Below are positions 1-12,440 of a DNA stretch of 64,000 nt, in pieces; the first letter of the stretch is position 1; every line of letters starts with the position of its first letter. The notes under the pieces were generated by a model. That model made no database searches. It saw nothing but the letters and a program-made list of their open reading frames with translations, and was not told the DNA's origin. The DNA is from Azolla caroliniana (taxonomy: Eukaryota; Plantae; Polypodiophyta): contig JBHGNT010000012.1 in assembly GCA_043228905.1 (NCBI GenBank), forward strand, positions 3,162,001 to 3,226,000. Direction: 5' to 3'. Both the position numbers and the translations under genes were made by a program.

Positions 1-1244
1 CTCGATGCTCAAGACTTCTATTATTGAACCTTGTACATATATGTGGAGTTGAGGAGTGGCTCTTCATGTTCAAGAATTCTACCAATGAGCATTGCAAAAA
101 GAGTGCAGATTGTGATAGATTTTATTATCCTTCTCAAATGTCGAATATGACCTATGAGATGAAAATCTACATTTTCATGCAATATAAGTGACAACAAATA
201 TCGACTTGAGATGTTCAGGAAATTTATCAATGAATCTTACAATTGAGAAGCACATTATGATGACTTTGAGAGAACTTCGTGCAAGGATTGGGTTTGGTCA
301 AATAAATAGTCAAATGTGATCATAGGAAGATAGAACATTATATCAAGGTGTGTAATTTAGACTCCCAAACTTGTTCAAAGCAAAATGTGCAAAGTTGATT
401 AGTTTCATCACATGTGCCCAATGTCTTGGCTCACATTGAGGTGAGTATGAGCTAAGTTATGTTGTAAGGAGGAAATAGTTCAGATGTCAGATGACGGGAT
501 GAGCTCTAACATGTATTTGCATGTGTGGTTTTCCTATTTAATGAAGAATATGATTTTGTAGCTAGGTGCAACGTATGTAGTATTATGCATGAAGCATGTG
601 CCTCCACATTTTCCCCATGTCATAAAACATTGGTGTTGCAAAAAGGCCTCTTTCACAAAAGAATCTATTGGTGCATCATGAAGCAAGTGTTTTGCATCCC
701 ATCTTCGAAACAAATTTTGCACATATCGTATACAACTTGAACACAAAATTTGTTTTTATGTGTTTTTAGGATCCTTTTGCTTATTTTCCATGCAATTCTA
801 GAAAAGTCAATGTGAGGGACATTTTTTGAACCTTAAGCACGTATTTAACAACCTTTTTCCATATTTAACAACCATTTTCCATTGCCATGATCTTAATGGG
901 AAGTGATCCTATCTCAAGAAGGAGGGTATATAGAATTTTTTTTTCTTAACTAGGAGAAGTGTTTGTAAGAAAATGCATTAGGACATTGTCAAACTCTTTC
1001 CAAGGAGAGGGAAGAGAGAGTCCCGTCCAAGACATCTGATAAAATTAGAATGATACAAAGAAAATTTAGTAGAGCTCGCTTAGTTGATAAGGTTGTTTGG
1101 TAGAGACGAGAAGGTCACGTGTTCAACCCTTACATTGCATAATAGCATCTAATAAATCAAGGAAAATATGTATGGCATGACAAAGAGGTGTGGAAATTGA
1201 GCCTTGAACCTAAGGTCTAATATTAGCATTCTTGACAACTCGGC

Positions 1245-1690
1245 TACTTTTGGTTGATGAGACCAACTTTAATCTACATTTGATTGATTAAGCCAACTTT
1301 AATCGTTCTTGTAGTAGGGTCGCGATAGACCGAACATGTTGATTCTTCAAATGCTCTATGTTATTGGGACATCTACTAATGTTAACAGCTAAGCTACTTT
1401 TGATTGATGGGGCCAACTTTAATCCTTCTTGCTTGCAACAGGGACGCGACAAACCGAACATGCCAATCCTTCAAACGATCTATGCTATCATGGCCTCTAC
1501 TAATCTTAACAGCTAAGCCACTTTTGATTGATCGGGCCAACTTCATTCGTTCTTGCAACAGTGTTTCGACAGACCAACCATGCCAATTCTTTAAAATTTG
1601 ATCAATGTTATCGGGGGACATCTACTAATGTTAACACCTAAGCTACTTTTGATTGATCGGGCCAGCTTTAATTGTTCTTGGAATAGGGTC
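1245..1690. repeat. Degenerate tandem repeat, about 125-bp unit, about 3.5 copies
   Basis: The motifs ctacttttgattgatcgggccaactttaat and catctactaatgttaacagctaag recur near 1245, 1394, 1517 and 1643. Confidence 0.75.
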
Positions 1691-2139
1691 TAGCAGAATT
1701 GGCATGAGACAAGGGGTGCCGGGCGGGGCGGGGGGGGGGGGGGGGGGGGGTGTCTTCATGGACGACGGACATATACATATTTGATACCAAGATCAGAACG
1801 ATACAAGAGAGATGGGATGGGACGAGGGGTATTTTGGGAATTTGGTGGAAAGTCTTCCTCCCCCGGAAGGAGGGGTATTTTGTTAATTTGTGAAAACCCT
1901 GTAAAAAAGCACAAAAGCTCGAAAAAAGCTCTCTCCCTCCTCCTTCTCCTTCTTCCCTCCGCTTTTGTCACAGAAAGAGAGGGATTGATTGTTTTCTGTT
2001 TATTTTCACCATAACCAGAGGATCAAATCCCGAAGGGCAGAGGAAGATCAAGACCCTAGTCATCCGATTCTCTCATCTTCTCACCCTCAAGGTGTGATCC
2101 TGCTATACGCCTAACCGCTCATGTTGATCTGTTCCCATT

Positions 2140-2890
2140 CATATTAGGGTTTCTGCATATATATTAGGGTTGTTTTGGGGAATGTTAGAGTTTCTGCATC
2201 TAGCTGGAACCTTTGGATCTTTGAATAATGCTAGTTTTTTTTTTTTTCTTCTTTGGGATATTTTCGAGTATTCGAATCCTTATTAAGGTTTTAAATGTGT
2301 TGCATATCTATTAGGTGTTTTAGATCTGTCGATTCATTGTTAAAATTTAGGGTTTCGCCATCCGTTTGGACCTTTGTATACAGTAGTCGTTTTCATATGT
2401 GCGGCTGTTCTTTAGTATTTCAAATTTGCACCTTTTGGGTTGTTGTTAGCATTAGCGTTTTGCATATTTTGGGTTGTTTTTGACGTTAAGCTTTTTGTAT
2501 CTAATGGGGGTGTTGTTAAACATTAGGGCTTTGCATGTGTTGGATACAGTTAATCAATAAGGTTTTGTATCTTGTTGTATGTTTTTAACGTTAGAGTTTT
2601 GTAACTGTTAACTGTAGTGATGTTGTTAGAATTAGGTTTTTGCATTGTTTGAGCCCTCATTAGCATTGAATTTTTGCATCTTCTAGGTTGTGATTTACAT
2701 TAGGGTTTTGCATCTGTTTGGTTGTTTGTTGACATCAGGGTTTATCATGTATTCAACACTAGAAGGCTTTGCAAGTTTTGGGCTATTCTTAACATAAAGC
2801 TTTTTTTGTTAGAATTGAGCGTTGTTGTATATGACGAGATTTTGTTAGAATTAGGTTTTAATACTGTGGTAACATTAGGGTTTTGGCACA
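2140..2890 (+). repeat. Degenerate telo-box-rich (TTAGGGTTT) short-period repeat in the probable 5'-UTR intron of the RING gene
   Basis: ttagggtt(t/g) near 2146, 2164, 2348, 2700 and 2875, plus variants such as aacattagggctttgcat. A probable splice donor (caag|gtgtg) lies near 2091. Confidence 0.5.
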
Positions 2891-3000
2891 TTTCGACTTG
2901 CTGTTAACATTAGGCTGTTCATACACACATCTCTTCCGAATTGTCTCAAATTTTCAAACACTTGAGGTCGCAAGCAACACAGTGCTTATATTATATATAT

Positions 3001-5014
3001 ATGGACCTCAATGGACGGGTGTCAGAGGCGGAATCAAGCAACTCATACAATCGAACCTTACATTGGTCTCCATTAAGTTCTTGGAATCTCTTTAGTAATA
3101 ATCACAATGGAAGAGGGAGATCTCGGGTTCCTTTAGAGATACCTCCTCCGCCTCCTCCTCCTCCTCGCCTTCATCGTTCTCGCTCTTTAAGAAACTCCAG
3201 TGATGAAGGAAGGCAAAACCTGTTAGTATCAGCACGAGGCTACGATTCACGTCTACGAAAAGGAGGAGATCACTCTCACAGAGAGGAAGGTTAGACACTT
3301 ATTTTCTGTGCTATATTTCATATTTACTCTTAACATACCAAGGATTTTTTCATCCTTAATCTTTAGTTTAGGGCACTGGATTCTCTCCGTGGGAATCTCA
3401 ATTGTGTCCTCTTGATATCGATGTTTCTTCACCTGTAACTTCTAGTTTGTGAATATTTTCTTGTAGGAATCGTGAGACGTGGTAATATTCCAGGATCCAA
3501 TGAGCAATCAAGGATGATATCCTCTGGTTACGAATCGTTTACTCGAGGACGAATTCCTCGTAATAGAACACACAGAGACGAATTGGAAAATGCTAGAATT
3601 AATCGAATTAGGAGGTCGAGTGCAAGTATAGAGTCAGAAAATGGTCGTGTAAACCGGATTAACCGACCAAGTTCAAACATATCTCATCAACAACAAAATT
3701 GTTTCCATGATCACCATCACCACCATCATCACCATTATCACCATGTCCACCATCATTCATCAAGGCTATCCAACGAATATCAGGTATATCATTTCATCTC
3801 TATCTTTTGAGCTTCTGTTTTTTTTCTTTTTTTGCGTGCATTTCGAAGCTCTAATGAGCGGAATCATCCAAAATTGAGATGTTGGATTTGCACTTTGGAT
3901 ACATAAGTTTAACATCCATTATTCTATTATGCTACTTTTGATTGCAATGGATCCAGGAACAAGGTACATCGATGTCTGCCTCTGGGAGTCTCGATGCTTC
4001 AAATATTCCATCGAGTTTAAGAAGAAGCAGTGATGCACACCGATCTTTTGTAAGTCGGAGGTCTTCGGTTGTGAGCAATGTGAGTAGGGGTAGCAATCCA
4101 CGGGATATGGCTATGGAAGCGAGGGATCGTTTGGATGAAAGGTTTAGAAGTGCAGCTCTTATAAGCCAAAGGTTCTCGTTCTCGCTACTTCTCTATCTAT
4201 ATCATATTGCAACTATATTCTATTGGTAATACTAAAAATCTCACAACTTTACTAGACAATGGTATGGAATGTAGATGTTGAACCTATAACCTTGTGGTTA
4301 TACAATTGAGAGAATCTAAGTTTGATCCTTGCTAAGCGCTTGGCCATCTCCTATAGATCATATTTGGTCTTTCATGGACCTCTCCTAGGACTCAATATAT
4401 CCAAAGACTTTTGAGAACCAAGTCCACTGCTCACACTATTTTTGTGTTTCTTTAATGAAATTCAATGCTTCAAAACTAATGCTAACTTTGCATTCAGGCA
4501 CAGGAATCCAAGCTTTTTGGAAGAATTTAGCCTTCTTTTTGGTGATGACGATGACTTTTGGAATGACGATGAAATGTGGGAGGTAGGAATACAAGATTGG
4601 CTAGCCTATGTAGAGGGATGGCATAATTCTGATTCAGGTACCTCTGGCCAATGTTCTGTGTCCAAAGGATTAAGCAAGTCAGCTATACAACGACTACACA
4701 AAGAAATATATCTTCCTAAAGTACGCCGAAAGGATAAGGAAGTGAAAGACGACCCTTTGGAGCATGATGATTGTGCTGTTTGTTTAGAACGCTTTAGAAC
4801 TGGCCAACTTCTTGTTCATCTTCCTTGCCACCATAGATTTCATCCGGATTGTCTCTCGCCATGGCTTGAAACCCATGCACAATGTCCATATTGTAGAGCT
4901 AAGGTAAAAGAAGAGATGATGGACGAGTCTAGAGCTAGTGGACCAAGTAATGATGATTTAATTACGTGGATGGAGACACTGAATGCTGGCTTGGCAAGGT
5001 TTGCTTCTATGTGA
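3001..5014 (+). CDS. RING-H2 E3 ubiquitin ligase (RHY1A-like), 4 coding exons, about 445 aa
   Basis: Exons 3001-3289, 3467-3783, 3957-4171 and 4498-5014 join in frame at GT-AG introns (1338 nt). C-terminal C3H2C3 RING: CAVC...LPCHHRFHPDC...W...CPYC. Also an EARDRLDERF motif and poly-Pro and poly-His tracts. The subfamily label is from motif recall only. Confidence 0.9.
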
Positions 5015-6559
5015 TGTAATTCACATCACATCACATCACATCACATCACATTCACACTTTCTTCTTGTAACAAACTTTTACATGATTAAAGAATGTGACA
5101 TGATGGCAAAGCATATTTACTGGCTCTTTTATATTAAACATAAGTGGTATGGTTTAAGGGTCATGATTGTTGAGGGTATGGATAATGTGTGGCCATGGTT
5201 GAATTAACGGGGCTAATTACTAAGTGTGAATACCGAAGCATGTCTCAAATTTTGTTATGATTTCTATTTTTCTCAAATTTTATTCTCCAAATGTCTTTGA
5301 CTTGATGTCAAGAATGTTAACCTTATTGGTCATTCGATTCTATTATCCACCTCTTCATGGTTGGTTAACGCCTAAACCTCAGAGTCATGTTTTAATACAG
5401 CTACAACACTCACAGAGCTTATTTATTGAAACATTGATTTTACATGATGCTTGACTACATGTACATGGATGGTTAACAATATCAACATCCTGCTTTACCC
5501 ACGGATTCATTTAAAATTTATTTTCTAAAGGATGAGTTGTAAGGGGAGAAAGTGACATGTCAAGCTGAAAAGCATGATGAGGTTTCGAAATCCAGGGTTT
5601 TTCTTTTGGGATATCAGAAAAAGCACATTTGCATGCTTTGATAATGAAGTGCATCAATATTTAAAGAACTGAATTCCTTTTTAACGTTAGAATAACCCTC
5701 CAAATTTGACATGGCTAAATATACATGGAGAGAGCTATGGCAATTTGGGAATAGTTGAGCCCAAGTGTTAAGCCATGTTTAAAGTAGTTAGTTAGATAGA
5801 GGTCCAGTGTAGCAATCAGTATATGATCCCATCCATGTTTGGGTTTCCTAGGCTATTCAGGTTTATTTAACACTCATGATTTTGGGCTTGTAGAGTGCTA
5901 ACAACTTGTGCTTTACTTTGGGTAGATGATCGTATGTTAGTACCATCTCTTGAAACTACTTTGCCTTTCCCAAAACATTTTCGTCCTTGAAATTAAATGT
6001 CGGAAACTTTTTCTAAAGCTCACTAATGGTTTACCATGAAGAGTCTTCTGCGAGTCCATACTTAAGGGAGTGTACACCCAATCTTGTTACATGTCTTGGT
6101 TTTTTTGGATACAAAATTGTGATAGGAGTGGAGAGAAATACAAATGAAACCAAGTTGTCAAGTGCTAGACTAATAAGTTACTACCGTACAAGTCTAAATG
6201 TAGCCTTGGTAATATGCATGCATACCACTTGTAACAACATCTTCCAATGTTTGATGCCTTAGATGTTTCAAATGTATCAAGAAGGAAAATCTTGAAATGG
6301 TTTTACATGATGAATGCACAATGGAATATTGTGCCCCTTCATCTTTTCTTGCTTTCCTTCCAAATGATTCTTACATTATAAAGAAAGGAAACACAATGTC
6401 TTAAACATGGTAAAATGCCTCAAGGATTACGCAAAGACTAGACAAGGGAAAGAAATTAATGTTTTGATCCCCTGCAAATGATCAATGCCAAGTCTTTCTA
6501 CAATTAGAATGTCCCAACAACGTGACGGATGAGATGTCTCACATGGTCTTTGATGAATG

Positions 6560-6790
6560 TATGTCAAGGTTGATACATACACTTTGAGAGGGTTCTCTAT
6601 CTCATCTCCCTCTCAATGATGGAGTTACCCAACCCATTCCCCCTCAAAAACTAGTTAGACAAGGATACCCTTTAAGACCTTTGCTAATGCTATTGTCACC
6701 CATATGATAAGGGTAATATTGCAATATGGTTAGAAATAGAGAATTGGTAGAACTTCTCTTACATTTTTAGGCAAATCTAGCACTGCACAA
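6560..6790 (+). pseudogene. LINE (non-LTR) reverse transcriptase remnant
   Basis: Translates to HLPLNDGVTQPIPPQKLVRQGYPLRPLL, resembling the L1 RT motif RGVRQGDPLSPLLF. No open frame remains. Confidence 0.5.
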
Positions 6791-7163
6791 GCTTTAGCAA
6801 ATTATCACAATTTGTTTTTGGGAGCCTCTTGAGAGAACGAACATTGCAAAGGCAAGGCAATGCAAGTGTTGGAACTTACCATACAATGGAAGACCCCAAA
6901 AAAAGATTGCACGCTCTTTGGTGGCATGTGTTGACCCAAAAGGGAAGAGGCGACCGATCAACTGCTTCCATTTCACCTGTAGTAAAAGGAAAAACCCAGT
7001 ATATAGAGGAAAAGAGAGCAACAAATTGCACAGACCACACAGAATTTCACACATTACAAAAAAAAAACCATTAAATCACATATTGAGCTTTATACATCCT
7101 AATGTTAGTGGGCGAATTTACGGTTTTGACCTTTCACACTATGTATCAATCTCCCACTAGAAT

Positions 7164-8290
7164 TAACAATGGGCACGGTTTAGGCACAAACCGAATCGAA
7201 CCGTTAAGCCATGGCTTAATGGTTTATTGGTTCAAATATAAATAAACTGTTTGGTTTGATTTCAAATATTATGATCCAGTTTGGTTCGCTTTTGAATTTA
7301 ATGGTTTAGCGGTTTATCGGTTTATTGTTTATTGGTTTCAATTCGGTTTGGTTTTGAATTTCACGGTTTAGCGGTTTAGAGGTTTTGGCTTATGTGTTTT
7401 GGTTTAAAGGTTTAAAAGTTTTGAAGGTTTTAAGGTTTATAGGTTTGGTTCTAAAATTTCCATAAACGGTGTCGTGAAGATTTTCGTCCACAAGCGGAAA
7501 CCCGAGCAACGAGAGCCAAAGAGCGATGTGCAACGTTGCACACGTACATAATGTATTTGTAATAGTAATAAAGGTATAAAGGTGATGTGGTTGTACGCAC
7601 ATCCACGAGAGAGAGAGATAGGTACTATGCGGTACATAGGTACCTAGTTGTTTGTGAGGAGGTGGGAGTTAAGGGCCATCAATCTCACCCTCCCCCAAAT
7701 CAAGGCAAATATCCCCTTTGAATGAAAGGGGATATTAGTCTCACTTTTGTAAACGGTCTTCCCTCCTTGTGCTATAAAAGGAGAGAGAAGGCACCATTGT
7801 GGGGGTTGCCCATTTTGAGTGTGCGAGGTATACCACATAGGTTGAGCGTTAGGGTTCGGTTAGGGTTTTCTTCTTGGGTTTTCCTTTAGGGTTTTCTTAT
7901 AGTCGTTTGGTGCGGCCATGGCGGCCACCATTGTAAAGCGTTTATGTTTTCTTAATCAAACTTCTTGTTGAGTATCTTGACTCCATCTTCTTCATCTTTT
8001 TCCATCATAATGTCATATTCGTTCTCTTCTCCTCTTGAGCTATGAGCTAATCTTCCATTCGTTGTCTTAACCTTTCTCCTCTTCTCCCTAGTCCAAGACC
8101 CCCGTGGTCCCGCCCCTTCCACACGCACGCGCGTAACAACGCGACAATGGTTTGGTTTAAACGGTTTGGTTTAAACGACTTCATAAAATTTAAATAGTTT
8201 GGTTTGGTTTTTAATATAAATAAATGGTTTGGTTTGGTTTGGTTTCAAGGCCAAGAAATCGAACCGAAATTGAACCGTGCCCATCGCTAG
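7164..8290. mobile_element. hAT-type MITE interrupted by a younger insertion
   Basis: Imperfect TIRs taacaatgggcacggtt / aaccgtgcccatcgcta. Subterminal AACCG/CGGTT arrays. ctagaat occurs on both flanks (approximate TSD). Confidence 0.75.
7470..8146 (+). mobile_element. Non-coding TGTCG...CGACA element (solo LTR or Ginger/GingerRoot-like derivative)
   Basis: Begins tgtcgtgaag and ends cgcgaca. Flanks acgg/atgg are a 4-bp TSD with one CpG transition. Internal TATAAAA and CT-rich tract. Confidence 0.65.
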
Positions 8291-8429
8291 TCTAGAATCC
8301 AAAAGAATCGGGCGAAACTAATGGGAAGATTGTTCAAGACATGAACCTTCGAGTTCTACCTGATGGACATGTTACAAAATATACATAAAAGACAAAATTG
8401 TGTGACCTGAAGAATTATGTAATTCCCAT

Positions 8430-10330
8430 CAAGTGTCAAACAATTCTCTAGTGCATCATGTGGTAGAGCTTTGGCTAATACATTTGCGGGATTTTCTTGA
8501 GAAACAAATCCTTCTCAAGTCTAATGCAACCAACGACAATGCATTCCCGGATGAAGTGGTATCACTCTCCAATGTGCTCGGTCTTTGCTGGATACACTTG
8601 ATTTTTAGCCAATGCAATGGCACTTTGATTGTCACAAAACAATATGGGTACAAGCTGAGGTATATGCCCATGTCGCAAACTAGTTGGAAAGCCATACAAC
8701 TTCCTTATATGCCTCACTAGCTATAACATACTTCGCTTTTGTAGTAGACAAAGAAATACATTCTTGGAGGTGAGACCTCCAAGATATGGCACCTCCCATA
8801 AATTGAAAGATGTATCCCAAAAGTAGACTTTATGCTATCAAAATAACCTACGTAATTAGAGTCCATATATCCAACGATTAGGTACATTTCCGCCACCCAA
8901 ACATAGACACTCATTCCTAGTGCCACTTAGGTATCGTAGTATCATCTTAACTGCTTCCCAGTGCTTCTTACTAGGATTTGACAAAAATTTGCTCACAACT
9001 CCCACAACAAATCCAATGTCTGGCCTTGTCATTATCGTAGCGTACACGAGACTACCAACAACAAAATGGTAAGGAATTTTGCTCATGAACTCCTTTTCAT
9101 CATCAAATTTGGGACATTCATTTTTGCTCAATTTTACATGTGTAGATAATGGTGTGCCCCAAGTTTTACTCTCCATATTAAACCTCTTGAATATTTTGGG
9201 TATGTACTTCGATTGCGATGAATAAATACATCCATTACTCCAATCATGAGTAATACACATCCCACAGATGTGTAAGGAGCCATAAAATCTCTCTTTGAAT
9301 GCCTCTAGACCTACAAAAGTCACTAAATTCATGAGAAGTATACTCATCTCCATTGTCTAAACATAAAGCCTTAAGCTTTATGCCCGTTTCCAACGAGTCA
9401 ACCAAAGCAATCCATTTCATGAAACTAGGATATACATCATCCTTTCCCTTAATCAGATAAACCCAAACTTTCTTAAATGTGGCATCATAAATGAAAATGA
9501 TAAAATAAAATGCACCACCCAAAGCTCTTGTGGGCATAGGTCCACCAACATTAATGTGAACGATACCCAATGGTCAATGGATGAGTTAACTTGGGTTTTA
9601 TGTGCATTTTTGGTTTGCTTGCCATATTGGCAATGTTCACAAAATACAAAATTAGAAAATGACAACTTAGGTAAGTGGCGATGAAGGGAAATAATTTTTA
9701 TGCCATTTTGTGACATATGGCCTAAATGACCATGGCAAATGCTCATCATAGGCTGGTCAGTGAGAACCAAAAGATGTTCCTTTTGATGAATGAATAGTGG
9801 ATAAAGGGAACCAACTTTATTTTTCAAGGCATAACAATCTTTGTTGAAGTGTCCCTTCTTATGGCAATAATGACACTCAATGTTTTTCTTCCAAGACTTG
9901 TGTCTATATCTATCATTTCCTCTATAATTGTTCCTAGTTTGGCTCCTACCACATTGTTGGTTCTTGCGAGAACCAACCTCATACACATTACATGGCACAT
10001 CCTCCACTATGTGATGCAATCATAGATTTCCTACGCATTTCTTTGCTCAATATAGCTCCATATATTTCATTATAGTCCAATTTCCCATTCGGTGCACTAT
10101 TGCTAATAACAGTACAAAATGTGTCCCAAGACGTATACAAACTCCATAAAAGGAAGACATTTTTAACTCATCATCCATAGTGACCATCTTTTGAGCCCAT
10201 AGCTGGGACCACAATGTATCAAAATCATTCAAATGAGAGGTGACATTGTCAATGTTCTTCATGCAAAGACAATAGAGTTTCCTCATTAGACATTGCCAAG
10301 AGATCGAGCTCTTCCAAATCATAATTGATC
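8430..10330 (-). pseudogene. Decayed, internally deleted Ty1/copia gag-pol
   Basis: Fragments: gag, zinc knuckle CHYCHKKGH, GAG-pre-integrase CEHCQYGK, integrase DNGDEY joined directly to the RT C-terminus (VGSLVYA..TRPDI), and RNase H, with many frameshifts. Confidence 0.85.
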
Positions 10331-12088
10331 ATGCCTTCAGGTGTCTTGGCTTCACCACTCAATGGCCTTAATTGTGGCCTTTTGAGTGGTCTCAAGGTGG
10401 TCTTTTCCAGTCATATAGTAATTTCTCAAATTGCTTTTTGATTCTCAATATTGATTCCAAGACATATTCAACACTATAGATGATGATGAATGGTTTATAG
10501 ATACATATGCTGAAGATGAATGTGGATGGAATCAAGTTACCCTTTGAACATCAATGCAATATTGCATGTTCATTTAGCATATAAAGCTTACCTCATCATA
10601 AAGGATAATGAAGTTCATACAATTTACATGGACAATCAAGACTAAAATATTGTACAATGGGTGGATGATCGATGAGCATGAGAACTTAAGGGGTTTTGCT
10701 CATTTTCACAGTCTAACATGGGTGTTGCACAATGAGCCTAAAATATCTCGGTGTCACAAAACTTTGTGAGGTGTGAAAGAGTGAGCGAAGCCACAGGATC
10801 TTGAACCAGTGAAGATGGTTTGTGAAATCTGTGAACAAATGTGAACTTTTCTGGAAAGGGTCTTTGTCAAAAGGTCTCGTACGTATGTAGGGGTTAATAG
10901 TTAGCCTTCATACTTGTGGGTAGGCCTAGTTTGTTTTGTCACCAATCCTCACATATAAGCTTATGGTGGCAACTTCAAATAACTTCGTAGGTAGCCTTTC
11001 TAGTTAATAGTTGGTAGGCTTTATTAGTTGAGTTAGTTGGTAGGCAAGTTTCATTGGTAACCTCAGTTCATTCACAAGACTTGTGGGTAGCACACATTGC
11101 TAATAACACTAGTCATTGGGAGGCTTCATCATGATTCATAAGGATGTTCGTTGTCTGGTTATTGTATAAGTAAGGTTTTCTACACTATGGGAGGAGGCAA
11201 GGAGAGCCATCAACACTCTTTTGAGTTCATGGATCTGTCGTAAGTACACTAACATGGTCAATTGACATGATATACAAACTCAACACTCTAGAGTCAAAAG
11301 TATTCAACCCCAACACAAGCACATACAAGTGATATATGAATTAAATAGATTAATTTAATATAAGAGAAAATGAAAGTAGATTGGGGTTGCAAGTATAAAC
11401 TGTGCACAACCAATAAGGTTTGTGCTAGGGTGAGTAGGATGAGTGAATGCATTTGATGGGATTCAATAAAGTATTTTCGGAATTTTTCCTAAATGTGTAA
11501 CCATTAGCTTCTCAACTTCGTCATGACATCTAATTGTACTAACTTGTTTTGGCCCAAGGTTAGTAGGCGTATCTAATAAGACATTTGGAAAGCTTCTATC
11601 CATCCATATCTTTATGATAAAGGGAATTGGTAAAATATTTGTTTTTTGCCAAATAATTTAACATTGAACATGTCACATAAGAATCTATGGAGGGAATTGC
11701 ATGGCTTTACATATAAAGCATTGTTTTTCTTATATTTGGGGATTTAATGTCAAATCACACTAAAGTGAAAGCACCACCATAAACAATTTATGCTCCTATT
11801 TTGGACCTTATTAGAACTAGATCTTAATTCAACAACGTGAAGAATGTGATACAAGTTGAGGAAGTACATAGTTCCCAAGTACATAGTTTTAATAGGACAA
11901 TCTTTTGCTGTTCGAACCTTTTTTGGGGCTTCCTCCTTGTTCTTATTAGAACCTAAAGCCAAACATTTTCTATCCCATTGCATCATATGTAAAGAATTTA
12001 TGCTAACAAAAAGATGCACAAAGAAGGACTATCCTGAGGAGGAATCACTCCCCCGAGGAGGAGCCCAAAAACTCTCTCCATGTGTGGA

Positions 12089-12272
12089 CATACCCATACA
12101 CATACCCATACACATACACATACGCATACACATACACATACACATACACATACGCATACACATACGCATATGCATACACATACACATATGCATACACATA
12201 CGCATACGCATACACATACACATACGCATACACATACGCATACGCATACACGTACACGTACACGTACACGTA
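12089..12272. repeat. Compound hexanucleotide microsatellite (CATACA/CATACG)n followed by (CACGTA)n
   Basis: Directly visible; it explains the HT/YA/MC-repeat ORFs. Confidence 0.95.
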
Positions 12273-12440
12273 ATGCATGTACTTGTAGTGTGAAACCACA
12301 AGTATGAGAAAGACATGCATTCCAAACCTAGGAGTAGTGGTCCACAACCAGATATAGATAGACTCTATTTCCTGAGTAGCAAGCTAAAATCAATAATGTC
12401 AAAGAGAAATCTTTGAGGCCCAATTTGGTTCTCTGCAACT

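Noticed and set aside
1068-1135. tRNA-like stretch (agctcgcttagttg...ggtcacgtgttcaaccc) as a tRNA gene
   Set aside because: No credible cloverleaf; at most a decayed SINE-like head.
10751-11530. Possible third cgg|TGTCA element
   Set aside because: No right end with a matching TSD could be found.
11856-12347. HIHI/MCMC/YVYA/HTHT ORFs
   Set aside because: Open frames across a hexamer microsatellite.
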